Assembly: GCA_965219415.1 (NCBI GenBank)
Contig: CBDCNP010000002.1
Coordinates: 1,280,001 to 1,344,000 of the forward strand
Origin: Candidatus Marinacidobacterales bacterium
GTDB taxonomy: Bacteria > Acidobacteriota > Vicinamibacteria > Marinacidobacterales > DATDRI01
Length of the DNA stretch: 64,000 nt
Direction: 5' to 3'
The position numbers and the translations under genes are program-made. How positions within the stretch are numbered: the first letter of the stretch is position 1; every line of letters begins with the position of its first letter. The notes under the pieces are model-generated. The model was not told where the DNA came from. It worked only from the letters and a program-made list of their open reading frames with translations, and did no database searches. This document shows, one piece after another, positions 40,140 through 50,273 of this stretch.

Positions 40140-40223
40140 GCGGAGTCTTCTGCTTTAAGATCACAAATTGTGATCTTAGAGAAAGGCCGCGGACGGCACC
40201 CGAAATACCCGCCCTATCCTTAT
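40140..40223 (+). pseudogene. ORF6N-domain-like gene remnant
   Basis: Translates as AESSALRSQIVILEKGRGRHPKYPPY, resembling the LRSQIVT..RG.H.KY.PY core of ORF6N proteins; flanking gene parts are absent. Confidence 0.6.
40156..40178. repeat. Perfect 11-1-11 inverted repeat
   Basis: TAAGATCACAA-A-TTGTGATCTTA. Confidence 0.9.
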
Positions 40224-40293
40224 CGCCGAGCAGAAGGATCTGCTCGAGGGCAGCGTTGCCCTTGTGGGCGAGCTTCCCGAACGTCCCCGAAGA

Positions 40294-43200
40294 TCATGCG
40301 GACCCGGAGGCTCCGTACCCGCCGCCCCCCGGTGTTTCGATGACGAAGACATCTCCAGGTTTCATTTCCGTCTTGTCGGTACCTTCGAGCTGTTCCACCG
40401 TTCCGTCCCTTCGCTCTACCCGGTTGCGGCCCAACGCTCCCGCCTCCCCATCGTCGACCCCGAAGGGGGCTACCTTCCGGTGGCTGGAAAGGATGGCCGC
40501 CGTCATCGCCTCGCGGAAGACGATCCGCCGGCGCGTTCCGTCGCCTCCCCGATGCCGGCCAGAACCCCCGGAGCCGCGACGGATCTCGAAGCGTTCCAAG
40601 AGGACGGGGAATCGCCACTCCAGCACCTCCGGGTCCGTCAACCGAGAGTTCGTCATGTGAGTGTGGATGGCGTCGGTGCCATCGAAGTCGGGCCCGGCGC
40701 CCGAGCCGCCGGCAACCGTCTCATAGTATTGATGTCGATCGTTGCCGAAGGTGAAATTGTTCATGGTGCCTTGGGAAGCGGCGAGGACTCCCAAAGCGCC
40801 ATAGAGGGTGTCGGTGATGATTTGGCTCGTCTCCACGTTGCCTGCGACCACCGCAGCCGGATAGCGAGGGCTCAGCATCGACCCTTCCGGGATGATGATT
40901 TCCAGCGGTTTGAGGCAGCCTTCGTTCATCGGGATCTCGTCATCGACCAACGTACGAAACACGTAGAGCACCGCGGCACGGCACACCGCACTGGGCGCGT
41001 TGAAGTTCGTCGGCTGCTGGGGACTGGTCTCGGAGAAATCGATGACCGCGCTCCGTCGTTCTTTGTCGATGTGGATCTGGACCGCCACCACGGCACCATC
41101 GTCGAGGGGATAGCGGAAGCGACCGTCCTTGAGCACGTCGAGCACGCGACGCACATGCTCCTCGGCGTTGTCCTGCACGTGCGTCATATAAGCGTGCACG
41201 ACGTTCAGGCCGTAGTGGTCGATCATCTTCCCGATCTCCTGAACTCCCTTCTCGTTGGCGGCAATCTGGGCTTTCAAATCAGCGCTGTTCTGGTCGGGAT
41301 TCCTCGCCGGGTAACGTCCTGAGGTCAATAGTTGGCGCATTGGCGCCTCTTGGAATCGACCTCCATCGACCAGCTTGAAGTTGTCGATGAGCACGCCCTC
41401 CTCGTCCACCGAGCGGCTGTCCGGCGGCATGGAGCCCGGTGTCACGCCCCCAATATCCGCGTGGTGACCGCGGCTCGCGACGAAGAACCGGATCTCGCTA
41501 CCCTCGGCGTCGAACACTGGCGTCACGACTGTGATGTCCGGCAAGTGGGTCCCACCGTTGTAAGGTGCGTTCAACACATAAACGTCGCCGGGAGCTAGTT
41601 GCTGACGATTCTCGCGGATCACCGTACGGATGCTCTCGCTCATAGATCCCAAGTGAACCGGCATGTGAGGGGCGTTGGCGACGAGGTTGCCGTGCGGATC
41701 GAAAATGGCGCAAGAGAAATCGAGTCGTTCCTTGATGTTTACTGAGTAGGCGGTCTTCTCGAGGGTCGAGCCCATTTGCTCGGCGATGGACATGAAAAGG
41801 TTATTGAAGATCTCGAGCATCACCGGGTCGGCCTCAGTGCCCACCACTTTTCGTCGGGGAAGCGGGACCACGCGCGTCAATACGAGGTGGTTGCGCTCGG
41901 TAAGCCGCGATTGCCAGCCGGGCTCGACCACGGTAGTGCTCCCCGCTTCGGTGATGATGGCCGGGCCGTCGATGGTGTCGCCACGGACGAGATCTCCTCG
42001 CTCGTAAACGGGTGTGTCTTGCCAATCGCCTCCGGTGAACATGGGAACGTGGGTACTAGGTTCGATCGCTTGTTCGCGGACCACCGCCTCCAAAAGCGGC
42101 TCTTCGGCCGTGTCGGTCCGGCCAATCACCTCCACTGAGACCGCCTCCACAATGAGGCCCTTGTCTTCCATCGTGAACCCGAAGCGCTGACGATGAGCGG
42201 CCTCGAACCGGGTAGTGACCAACGCTAGGTCCCCGTAGTCGATCACCAGGGCCGAGTCGGTACCCACATAGCGCAGATGCACTTTCCTAAGCACGTCGAT
42301 GCGGTCCTCGGCGACACCCTGGTGACGGAGCTCCTTCCGCCCCGCCTCCGCCAAACGCTCCAAGGTGTCCGAGAGCGAAGCGAGCATCTCTCCGTTCAGC
42401 TCGGCCTCGACCGCCTGCTCCCGGAGGGCCCTAACGTCGGCCAGCCCCATGCCGTAGGCGGAGAGAACGCCTGCCAGGGGGTGCAGAAAGATCGTGGTCA
42501 TCCCTAGGGTATCGGCGATGTCGCAAGCGTGTTGCCCACCCGCACCGCCGAAGCAACTCAGGGTGTACCCGGTCACGTCGTAGCCTCGCTCGAGCGAGAT
42601 CTTCTTGATGGCGTTGGCCATGTTCTCGACCGCGATCCTGCGAAAACCCTCGGCCACCTCCTCGGGACGGCGCACATCGTCGGTGGCCTCGCCGATCGTC
42701 TTCGCCAAATCAGCGAATCCGCTAGAAACGACTTCTGCGTCTAGGGGCAAGTTGCCCTCGCCGCCAAAGACATGGGGGAAGAACTCCGGAACGATGTGGC
42801 CCAGCATGAGGTTGGCATCGGTAAGAGCGAGCGGCCCCCCACGCCGGTAGCAGGCCGGGCCGGGATCGGCGCCCGCCGAATCGGGACCGACTCGATAGCG
42901 GGCCCCGTCGAACTTCAAAATGGACCCGCCGCCAGCGGCAACAGTATGGATCTCGATCATCGGCGCGCGCATACGAACGCCCGCCACCTGTGTCTCGAAG
43001 GCCCGCGGGTACTCACCGTCGTAGTGGGCCACATCCGTCGAAGTGCCGCCCATGTCGAAGGTGATGATCTTCTCGAAGCCACCGATGGCCGATGTCTCGA
43101 CTGCGCCCACCAAACCCCCTGCCGGCCCGGAGAGGATGGCGTCCTTTCCGCGAAATAGGTGGGCGTCGGTAAGGCCGCCGCTCGACTGCATGAACATCAA

Positions 43201-43896
43201 GCGGGTATCCCCCAGCTGACCCGCGACGCCGTCCACATAGCGGCGAAGGATCGGCGAGAGATACGCGTCGACGACCGTGGTGTCCCCACGCGAGACGAGC
43301 TTCATCAGCGGACTCACCTCCGAGCTCACCGAGATCTGAGTGAAACCGATCTCCTGCGCCAGCGCCGCGACTTGCTTCTCGTGATTCGGGTAGCGATATC
43401 CGTGCATGAAGACGATGGCCAAGGAACGGATGCCAGCTGCGAAAGCTGCTTCCAAGTCGCGACGGACCGGCTCGATCGACAGGGGATGCAGCACCTCGCC
43501 CTGGGCGCTCATCCGCTCATCAACCTCGATCACGCGCTGGTAGAGCATCTCCGGAAGCTCGATGCGATGGACGAAGAGCCGGGGACGATTTTGGTATGCG
43601 ATGCGCAGCGCGTCTCTGAACCCTTTGGTGATGGCGAGCGCCACCGGTACTCCCCTTCGCTCCAGGAGCGCATTGGTAGCCACGGTGGTCCCCATCTTGA
43701 CCACTTCGATCTCCAAAGCGGGGATGGCGGCCGCGTTCGGAGTATCGAGTAGCCGCCGGATGCCTTCGATCACTGCGTCGGTGTAGCGGCCGGGGTTTTC
43801 CGAAAGGAGTTTTTGCGACACGACGGCGCCGTCGGGACGCCGGCCCACGACATCAGTAAAGGTGCCACCCCGGTCGACCCAGAAGTGCCACCTCAT
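40294..43896 (-). CDS. 5-oxoprolinase (ATP-hydrolysing), fused hydantoinase A/B type
   Basis: DRGGTFTD, MGTTVATNALLER, DMGGTSTD, SVNIKERLDFSCA, HMPVHLGSM and TPGGGGYG motifs; 1200 aa. Confidence 0.93.
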   Translation of the reverse strand: MRWHFWVDRGGTFTDVVGRRPDGAVVSQKLLSENPGRYTDAVIEGIRRLLDTPNAAAIPALEIEVVKMGTTVATNALLERRGVPVALAITKGFRDALRIAYQNRPRLFVHRIELPEMLYQRVIEVDERMSAQGEVLHPLSIEPVRRDLEAAFAAGIRSLAIVFMHGYRYPNHEKQVAALAQEIGFTQISVSSEVSPLMKLVSRGDTTVVDAYLSPILRRYVDGVAGQLGDTRLMFMQSSGGLTDAHLFRGKDAILSGPAGGLVGAVETSAIGGFEKIITFDMGGTSTDVAHYDGEYPRAFETQVAGVRMRAPMIEIHTVAAGGGSILKFDGARYRVGPDSAGADPGPACYRRGGPLALTDANLMLGHIVPEFFPHVFGGEGNLPLDAEVVSSGFADLAKTIGEATDDVRRPEEVAEGFRRIAVENMANAIKKISLERGYDVTGYTLSCFGGAGGQHACDIADTLGMTTIFLHPLAGVLSAYGMGLADVRALREQAVEAELNGEMLASLSDTLERLAEAGRKELRHQGVAEDRIDVLRKVHLRYVGTDSALVIDYGDLALVTTRFEAAHRQRFGFTMEDKGLIVEAVSVEVIGRTDTAEEPLLEAVVREQAIEPSTHVPMFTGGDWQDTPVYERGDLVRGDTIDGPAIITEAGSTTVVEPGWQSRLTERNHLVLTRVVPLPRRKVVGTEADPVMLEIFNNLFMSIAEQMGSTLEKTAYSVNIKERLDFSCAIFDPHGNLVANAPHMPVHLGSMSESIRTVIRENRQQLAPGDVYVLNAPYNGGTHLPDITVVTPVFDAEGSEIRFFVASRGHHADIGGVTPGSMPPDSRSVDEEGVLIDNFKLVDGGRFQEAPMRQLLTSGRYPARNPDQNSADLKAQIAANEKGVQEIGKMIDHYGLNVVHAYMTHVQDNAEEHVRRVLDVLKDGRFRYPLDDGAVVAVQIHIDKERRSAVIDFSETSPQQPTNFNAPSAVCRAAVLYVFRTLVDDEIPMNEGCLKPLEIIIPEGSMLSPRYPAAVVAGNVETSQIITDTLYGALGVLAASQGTMNNFTFGNDRHQYYETVAGGSGAGPDFDGTDAIHTHMTNSRLTDPEVLEWRFPVLLERFEIRRGSGGSGRHRGGDGTRRRIVFREAMTAAILSSHRKVAPFGVDDGEAGALGRNRVERRDGTVEQLEGTDKTEMKPGDVFVIETPGGGGYGASGSA

Positions 43897-43914
43897 CCGA
43901 GTTTGTCGAACCGC

Positions 43915-44496
43915 TCAGTAGACCGGCGGCGGGCCCTCACCGCTGAGGCAAGCGAGGACGTCAAAAAAACACTTTGCCGTGCCGCGGCCGGAACCTCCCT
44001 GGGTGACAGTGTGCTTGGCCTTGAGCTTGTACAAGCCGGTGACGTAATCCCGAGTATCGCCCTCACACATGAGCAGCCACAAGCCAGGGAGATTGACATC
44101 GAAGGTACAAGTGGTCGACTGTTTTCGCGCTTTGGAGAGATTGTAGGTGACCTCGACGTCGATGGAGTTTGCGGAGTTGAAGATCAGACTGGCAAAATAG
44201 AACGAACTGTATTGGTCGCCGCAGATTTGGTAAGCGTGGCCGTTCAGGCTGAGGTTGCTCTTGATCTGGGGTTCCTGAAAGCTAGTCCAGACATTGTAGA
44301 CTTCGATTGCGCCGCCGGCCGCGTTGCGCCCTAGCGCGCGCTGTCCCAACGTGCGGTCATCCAACACCCGCCCTAGATAGATCGCCCGAATGCTAAGGGG
44401 CTGGAAGGTCTGTACATCGGGCTCCTGTGCGGCCTCGGTCGCCGCCATCGAAAGAACCAGCGGGACTAAGAGCACGCCGATCCGGAGGTTTCTCAT
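43915..44496 (-). CDS. Secreted hypothetical protein, Cys-containing
   Basis: AAGGAGG RBS before ATG 44496; signal peptide MRNLRIGVLLVPLVLSMAATEA; no family recognised. Confidence 0.65.
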   Translation of the reverse strand: MRNLRIGVLLVPLVLSMAATEAAQEPDVQTFQPLSIRAIYLGRVLDDRTLGQRALGRNAAGGAIEVYNVWTSFQEPQIKSNLSLNGHAYQICGDQYSSFYFASLIFNSANSIDVEVTYNLSKARKQSTTCTFDVNLPGLWLLMCEGDTRDYVTGLYKLKAKHTVTQGGSGRGTAKCFFDVLACLSGEGPPPVY

Positions 44497-44564
44497 GCAT
44501 CCTCCTTGAAGTGACGTCGGCGAGAGACGCCCATTATGCCACGGTAATACCGTGATGACTACAT

Positions 44565-45989
44565 TCAAGGGCTCGTAAGCCCGAAGCTGAAGAGAGCGCT
44601 CCCGGTGCGAATGTAGATTCGGCCGTCCGCGATGGCGGGAGTGGCGAAGCACAAATCGTCTAGATCATTCACGGCCAATACCTCGAGGCTCCCGTCAGGC
44701 TCCATCACCACGACTTTCCCCGATTCACTGACCATGAAAATCTTGCCGTCCGCCGCGATCGGAGCGGCGCGGAAATTGTCGACCGCACCCTTCAGCCTAC
44801 TCTGATTGATCACCTTGCCGGTTGCGGGCTCGAATGACGTCACGATGCCGGTGTCACTCAACATGTGAAGGACACCCTTGTAGAGTAAAGAAGAGGGTAA
44901 CTGTGGGACAGACTTGCCATAGTGCCAACGAAAGTTGTCCGCGGTCATATCCCCACGACCGCCGAGCCGGAAGCCGTACATGCCGCCCCTCGTCGCCATA
45001 GCCGCCTGGTAGTAGGCCCATTCCTCGGCATCGAGAAATCCGCTCCCGTCCAGGTCCATCAACCCGAACCACTTGACTCTGCCATCCTTCGTCTCTTCGC
45101 GGGAGAAGAGCCCATCACCGTCCGCGTCGTAAGCAGGCCTCACTTTCTCGAACGGTGGAATGCTCGCCTCGTTGCCGCTGGTACCGTTGATGAAAACCAT
45201 GTCCCGGTCGAAGACCGGGGTCGCCTTCATCTCGAACGCCAGTCCCGTTACCCACCAAACCGGCTCGCCAGTATCGACGGTGTACGCGGTCAGGCGAAAA
45301 GATCCCGGGACGAGGAGCAGCGCGTCGCCCCCCTCCGGGCGGTAGGTAATTGGGGTGGAGTGCCCAGTCTTGTACTCGGCGCGATCGACTCGCCACCTAA
45401 GCTGGCCGTCATCCCTTCCCACCGCGATCATGAACGACCCCGTGGACTGGTCGCACACCAGCACGACCTTGTCATCGACAAGGATCGGAGAAGCCGCCAT
45501 TCCATAGGCATTGTCGAAGGGACCGAGCGGCAGTCTCCAGCGCTCGTTTCCCGCAGAGTCATAGGAGAGCATCCCAAAGTCCCCGAAGAAGACGTAGACA
45601 TTCTCGCCATCGGTAACCGGTGTTGGAGAAGCAGGTGAGTTCCGTCGATCCAACTTTTCGGTACGGTCCCGGGGAGCCACCCGTCGCCACAGGATTTCCC
45701 CGGTATCGCGGTCCAGACAAAACGTCAGGAGAACCTCGCCCTCGAAGGCAGTGAGGAATATTCGGTTTTCGGTTAGGACTGGGGAGGAGTGCCCAGGCGG
45801 CAATTTCGTCTTCCACACCACATGCTTCGCCGGGCCGAACTCGATGGGGAGGGCAACCGCGTCTGATATCCCGGACCCGTTCGGCCCTCGATAACGCGAC
45901 CACTCCGATGCTTCTGGGGCTTCTGCTCCCAGACCGAGGATAGCCGGCAGAATCAACAGCCGAAATACGGAACGGTTAGCCTGTTTCAT
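44565..45989 (-). CDS. Secreted PQQ-like beta-propeller protein with an EF-hand pair insert
   Basis: WSRYRGPNGSG, SSPV/ASPI repeats, DADGDGLFSREE and DLDGSGFLDAEE EF-hand-like loops, ATPAIADGRIYIRT. Confidence 0.85.
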   Translation of the reverse strand: MKQANRSVFRLLILPAILGLGAEAPEASEWSRYRGPNGSGISDAVALPIEFGPAKHVVWKTKLPPGHSSPVLTENRIFLTAFEGEVLLTFCLDRDTGEILWRRVAPRDRTEKLDRRNSPASPTPVTDGENVYVFFGDFGMLSYDSAGNERWRLPLGPFDNAYGMAASPILVDDKVVLVCDQSTGSFMIAVGRDDGQLRWRVDRAEYKTGHSTPITYRPEGGDALLLVPGSFRLTAYTVDTGEPVWWVTGLAFEMKATPVFDRDMVFINGTSGNEASIPPFEKVRPAYDADGDGLFSREETKDGRVKWFGLMDLDGSGFLDAEEWAYYQAAMATRGGMYGFRLGGRGDMTADNFRWHYGKSVPQLPSSLLYKGVLHMLSDTGIVTSFEPATGKVINQSRLKGAVDNFRAAPIAADGKIFMVSESGKVVVMEPDGSLEVLAVNDLDDLCFATPAIADGRIYIRTGSALFSFGLTSP

Positions 45990-46013
45990 TCCGGCGGAAC
46001 ATCCTCAGATGGC

Positions 46014-46397
46014 TCAGAACATCCCGAGCTGTAATCGGGCGGCCTCGGTCATTTTTTCCGGCGTCCAAGGGGGCTCCCAAATGACTTCCACCTTGGCGGA
46101 GCTAACACCCTCGACGTTTTTCACTTTGTTCTCCACTTCGGGAGGAAGCGAGCCAGCCACCGGGCAAGCCGGTGAGGTCAAGGTCATCTGGATCGCGACC
46201 GCGCCCGCGTCGTCGATGTCGATGTCGTAAATGAGTCCCAGCTCGTAAATATTGACGGGGATCTCAGGATCGAAACAAGTCTCGAGCACTTCGACGACCT
46301 TGGTTTTGAGATCCTTGGGAGCGCTGGCCTCGGTCGTCTCGCTCTTAGCGGGGCTGGCAGGGCTGTCAGGCACTTTGGGTTCGTTCGTATCCGTCAT
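46014..46397 (-). CDS. sufT: SUF system Fe-S assembly protein (DUF59/SufT)
   Basis: DPEIPVNIYELGLIY, MTLTSPACP and WEPPW motifs. Confidence 0.9.
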   Translation of the reverse strand: MTDTNEPKVPDSPASPAKSETTEASAPKDLKTKVVEVLETCFDPEIPVNIYELGLIYDIDIDDAGAVAIQMTLTSPACPVAGSLPPEVENKVKNVEGVSSAKVEVIWEPPWTPEKMTEAARLQLGMF

Positions 46398-46409
46398 CCT
46401 TCTACTCCT

Positions 46410-46865
46410 CTATTCTGTGGACACCGCGTCTTCGGTCTTTTCCAGCGCGGCCCGCAAGGTGTGCCATGCTAACGTGGCGCACTTCACGCGAATCGGAAAT
46501 TCTTGGACGCCGGCGAAGACCGCAAGCTTACCGAGGTTGTCGGTTCCGTCTCCCGATTCGAGCTTTCCGGTCACCAGATCGTGAAACCGTCCGAAAAGCG
46601 CCTCCGCCTCCTCGAGGGTCTTGCCTTTCAGGCTCTCGGTCATCATCGAGGCCGATGCCGTCGAGATCGCACAGCCCGCTCCCTGAAAACCGACGTCCTG
46701 GATCTTGCCGTCTTTTACGGTGACGAAGACGGTAACCTTGTCTCCGCACAAGGGATTGTGCCCCTTCGCTTGATGCCCGGTGTTTTCGATCTCACGGAAG
46801 TTGCGGGGCTTCTTGCTATGGTCCAGGATGACTTCTTGATAGAACTCGCGTAGCCCCTCCATCAA
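46410..46865 (-). CDS. sufU: SUF system NifU-family sulfur-transfer/scaffold protein
   Basis: GHNPLCGD, GCAISTASAS and RVKCATL motifs. Confidence 0.93.
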   Translation of the reverse strand: MMEGLREFYQEVILDHSKKPRNFREIENTGHQAKGHNPLCGDKVTVFVTVKDGKIQDVGFQGAGCAISTASASMMTESLKGKTLEEAEALFGRFHDLVTGKLESGDGTDNLGKLAVFAGVQEFPIRVKCATLAWHTLRAALEKTEDAVSTE

Positions 46866-48130
46866 CGAAACACCTCGAGAACCTTGTGAATCCCTTCGAC
46901 TAATGTATCAAACTCTTCTTTCGTATTATAGAGAGCCAATGAGGCGCGGGCGGTGGCGGGAACCCCGAATCTGTCCATCACCGGCTGAGCACAATGGTGC
47001 CCGGTTCGAACCGCGATGCCGTCTTGATCCAAGACCGTTCCGACATCGTGGGGATGGATTCTCTTCAAGACGAAGGATAGCACCGACGCTTTCTCTTTGG
47101 CCTGGCCGACGATGGTGAGTCCCGGAATCTGCGAGAGCGCCTGAGTTCCATATTCCAGTAGCTCGTGCTCGTAGGCACCGATGGTACCCATCCCGAGCTC
47201 CTCGAGATAATCGATGGCCGCACCCAGGCCGACCACGTCGGCAATGTTCGGCGTTCCCGCTTCGAATTTGTATGGAAGCTGGTTGTAGGTCGTCTTCTCG
47301 AAGGTGACCGAGCTGATCATGTCACCGCCACCTTGGTAGGGCGGCATCTTGTCGAGGAGCGCCTCTTTTCCATAAAGAACCCCGACGCCCGACGGGCCGA
47401 ACATCTTGTGGCTGGAGAAGGCATAAAAATCTACATCAAGCTCCTGCACATCGATCGCCATGTGCGGCACCGCCTGCGCCGCATCGAGGAGGACCGGGAT
47501 GTCACGGGCGTGCGCCATGCGGATGATCTCCCGCACCGGGTTGATGGTGCCGAGCGCGTTCGAGACGTGGGGCAAGGACACAATTTTGGTCTTGGGACTT
47601 AAGAGTTTTTCGAGCTCGTCGAGAAGTAGCTCACCCCGATCATTAATAGGGGCGACTTTCAGGTGAGCGCCTTTTTCCTCGCAAAGCATCTGCCACGGAA
47701 CGATGTTGGAATGGTGTTCCATGGTCGTGATCAACACTTCGTCATCGGCACCTATCTGAGCCCGTCCGTAGGTTTCGGCGACGAGGTTGATGGCCTCGGT
47801 GGCGCCGCGTACGAAGATGATCTCCCGCTCGCTGGCGGCCTTGATGAAACGCTGCACCTTGAGCCGAGCGTCTTCGTAGCTCTTGGTGGCTCGCTGGCTC
47901 AGCTCGTGGACGCCGCGATGGATGTTGGAGTAATCCTCGGAGTAGAAGCGCGAGATGGTATCGATCACCTGTTCAGGCTTCTGCGAGCTCGCCGCATTGT
48001 CTAAGTAGACCAGAGGCTTGCCTCGAACCTTTTGCTTCAAGATGGGAAAGTCTTCCCGGATTCGGTAGACGTCGTACGGCTTCTTCACCGCGACGGGTGG
48101 TGTGATCGAAGGATTGCTTTGGACGCTCAT
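46862..48130 (-). CDS. sufS: Cysteine desulfurase
   Basis: YLDNAASSQKP, SSHKMFGP and RTGHHCA motifs. Real start is ATG 48130, overlapping the sufD stop. Confidence 0.95.
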   Translation of the reverse strand: MSVQSNPSITPPVAVKKPYDVYRIREDFPILKQKVRGKPLVYLDNAASSQKPEQVIDTISRFYSEDYSNIHRGVHELSQRATKSYEDARLKVQRFIKAASEREIIFVRGATEAINLVAETYGRAQIGADDEVLITTMEHHSNIVPWQMLCEEKGAHLKVAPINDRGELLLDELEKLLSPKTKIVSLPHVSNALGTINPVREIIRMAHARDIPVLLDAAQAVPHMAIDVQELDVDFYAFSSHKMFGPSGVGVLYGKEALLDKMPPYQGGGDMISSVTFEKTTYNQLPYKFEAGTPNIADVVGLGAAIDYLEELGMGTIGAYEHELLEYGTQALSQIPGLTIVGQAKEKASVLSFVLKRIHPHDVGTVLDQDGIAVRTGHHCAQPVMDRFGVPATARASLALYNTKEEFDTLVEGIHKVLEVFR

Positions 48131-49467
48131 TGAGACTTCCCGCTGCCCGCATTCGCGGTTGCAGGCAAACCGGCGAACAAGGTCCGCTCGAGCTCCGACC
48201 GAATCGCATCGACCTTGATCTTGGAATTGATATCGCTCATGAACCCGAAGGTCAGGAGATGCCGGGCGGTCTCGAGATCGATCCCGCGAGAACGAAGGTA
48301 GAAGAGAACGTCGGCGTCCAGCTGACCAATGGTCGCGCCGTGGGCGCACTTCACATCGTCGGCGTTGATCTCGAGCTGGGGGTTGGTATTGACCAAGGCC
48401 TCGTCTGAGAGCAGGAGGTTCTTGTTGGTCTGGCGGGCATCGGTCTTCTGGGCGTCGGGGCGCACGATGATCCGTCCGTTGAAGACGGCTCGAGCACGCT
48501 CGCTCAAGATCCCTTTATAGAGCTCGCGGCTCGTACAGTGCGGCTTCGCATGATCAATCACGGTATGGTGATCGACATGCTGTTCTCCATTCACGACGTA
48601 AAGCCCATTCAACGTGAGATCCGCGCCCTCTCCATCCAGCACCGCGTTGATGTCGTTCCGAACGAGTGCCCCACCGAGTGAGATCGAATGCGTGGAGACT
48701 GTCGCGCTCCGCGCGAGTTGAAAATGAAGCGTGGCGACGTGGAACGCCTGATCGCCCTCGCGTTGGAGCTTGTAGTGATCGAGGTTGGCACTCTCCCCAG
48801 CCACAACTTCGGTGGTGGCATTGGTAAAATAGCCGATCCCGTCCACCCCCGCATAGCTTTCCACGATCCTTGCCTGGCTTCCCGACTCCGCAACAATAAC
48901 ACTATGGGGATGCGAGACCGCGGGCTTATCGCCGGGAGCAGAAAGGAACACGAGGTGGATGGGCTCCTCGACCACCCCTCCCTTGGGCACGAAGACGAAG
49001 GCTCCGTCCGTCAGGAAGGCCGTATTCAATGCCGCAAAGGCGTTTTCTCGGTAGTCTGCAGCGCGAGCCAGGTGCGGCTCGACGAGTTGTCGCTTCGTCC
49101 CCAGGGCCTCGCTCAGACTTCCCACGAATGCGCCTTGGGGTAGAGAACGGATGAACGAAAGCTCCGGCGAAAGCCGCCCGTTGACGAAAACGAACTCGTT
49201 CCGGTTCCACTCGCCGAGGCCCAGTCGCTTCAGGGCGTCGGGAGACGCGGTCGTGGGCGTAGCGAGCTCGAAGGCGTTGCGCGTGATCGAGGCGACGCTG
49301 GTGAATCGCCATTCCTCGTCGTTGGTGGTCGGGAAGCCGCGCTCCGCGAAACGCTGCATGGCCGCCTGCCGCAGGGAATGAATCCAGGATGGCTTGGCCC
49401 TCGGGGACTTCTCAAAAAGCGAGAATTCCTCGAGGTAGTTTCCTAATTGCTTGATCGCTTCCACCAT
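48127..49467 (-). CDS. sufD: Fe-S cluster assembly protein SufD
   Basis: EEWRFT, PQLEINADDVKCAHGAT and FYLRSRG motifs. Confidence 0.95.
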   Translation of the reverse strand: MVEAIKQLGNYLEEFSLFEKSPRAKPSWIHSLRQAAMQRFAERGFPTTNDEEWRFTSVASITRNAFELATPTTASPDALKRLGLGEWNRNEFVFVNGRLSPELSFIRSLPQGAFVGSLSEALGTKRQLVEPHLARAADYRENAFAALNTAFLTDGAFVFVPKGGVVEEPIHLVFLSAPGDKPAVSHPHSVIVAESGSQARIVESYAGVDGIGYFTNATTEVVAGESANLDHYKLQREGDQAFHVATLHFQLARSATVSTHSISLGGALVRNDINAVLDGEGADLTLNGLYVVNGEQHVDHHTVIDHAKPHCTSRELYKGILSERARAVFNGRIIVRPDAQKTDARQTNKNLLLSDEALVNTNPQLEINADDVKCAHGATIGQLDADVLFYLRSRGIDLETARHLLTFGFMSDINSKIKVDAIRSELERTLFAGLPATANAGSGKSQ

Positions 49468-49473
49468 GACGAA

Positions 49474-50268
49474 TCAAACAGCCTCAGCGGCCTGACTCGG
49501 CGCTGGCTCCTTCTCGATCCAACCGTACCCCTTCTCCTCTAGCTCGAGGGCCAACTCTTTGCCGCCGGAGCGTACGATGCGTCCGTCGTCTATGACGTGA
49601 ACGTAGTCGGGCACGATGTAGTTCAGTAGTCTCTGATAGTGGGTAATCACGACGAAGGCGCGCTCTTCACTGCGAAACGCGTTGACGCCGTTGGCTACGA
49701 TCTTCAATGCGTCGATATCGAGCCCGGAATCCGTCTCGTCGAGGATAGCGAGCGTCGGCTCCAACACCGTCATTTGAAAGATCTCGTTTCGCTTCTTTTC
49801 CCCGCCGGAGAATCCCTCGTTGACCGGGCGGTTGATGAGCCCTTCATCCATTTCCACCAGCTTCATCTTCTTACGGACCAAGGAGAGAAAGTCCATGGCG
49901 TCGAGCTCTTCCTCGCCGCGATGCCTTCGTATGGCATTGACCGCCGCCTTCAGAAAATAGGTGTTGTTGACACCGGGAATCTCGACCGGGTACTGAAACG
50001 CCATGAAGAGGCCTTCACAGGCACGGATCTCGGGAGTCATCGTGAGCAAGTTCTCTCCTCGATATAACACCTCTCCCTGGGTCACGCTGTACGTTTCTCG
50101 TCCCGCCAGCACCTGGGACAGGGTGCTCTTGCCGGAGCCATTGGGCCCCATGATGGCGTGCACTTCGCCAGCGTTTACGTTGAGGTTAATTCCCTTCAGA
50201 ATCTCCACGCAGCCGGCTGTGGCGTGAAGATTGTTGATCTCGAGCATTGTCGTTTTTCCTTCTGCCAT
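49474..50268 (-). CDS. sufC: Fe-S cluster assembly ATPase SufC
   Basis: GPNGSGKST, GFSGGEKKRNE and LDETDSGLD motifs. Confidence 0.96.
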   Translation of the reverse strand: MAEGKTTMLEINNLHATAGCVEILKGINLNVNAGEVHAIMGPNGSGKSTLSQVLAGRETYSVTQGEVLYRGENLLTMTPEIRACEGLFMAFQYPVEIPGVNNTYFLKAAVNAIRRHRGEEELDAMDFLSLVRKKMKLVEMDEGLINRPVNEGFSGGEKKRNEIFQMTVLEPTLAILDETDSGLDIDALKIVANGVNAFRSEERAFVVITHYQRLLNYIVPDYVHVIDDGRIVRSGGKELALELEEKGYGWIEKEPAPSQAAEAV

Positions 50269-50273
50269 CGCTT

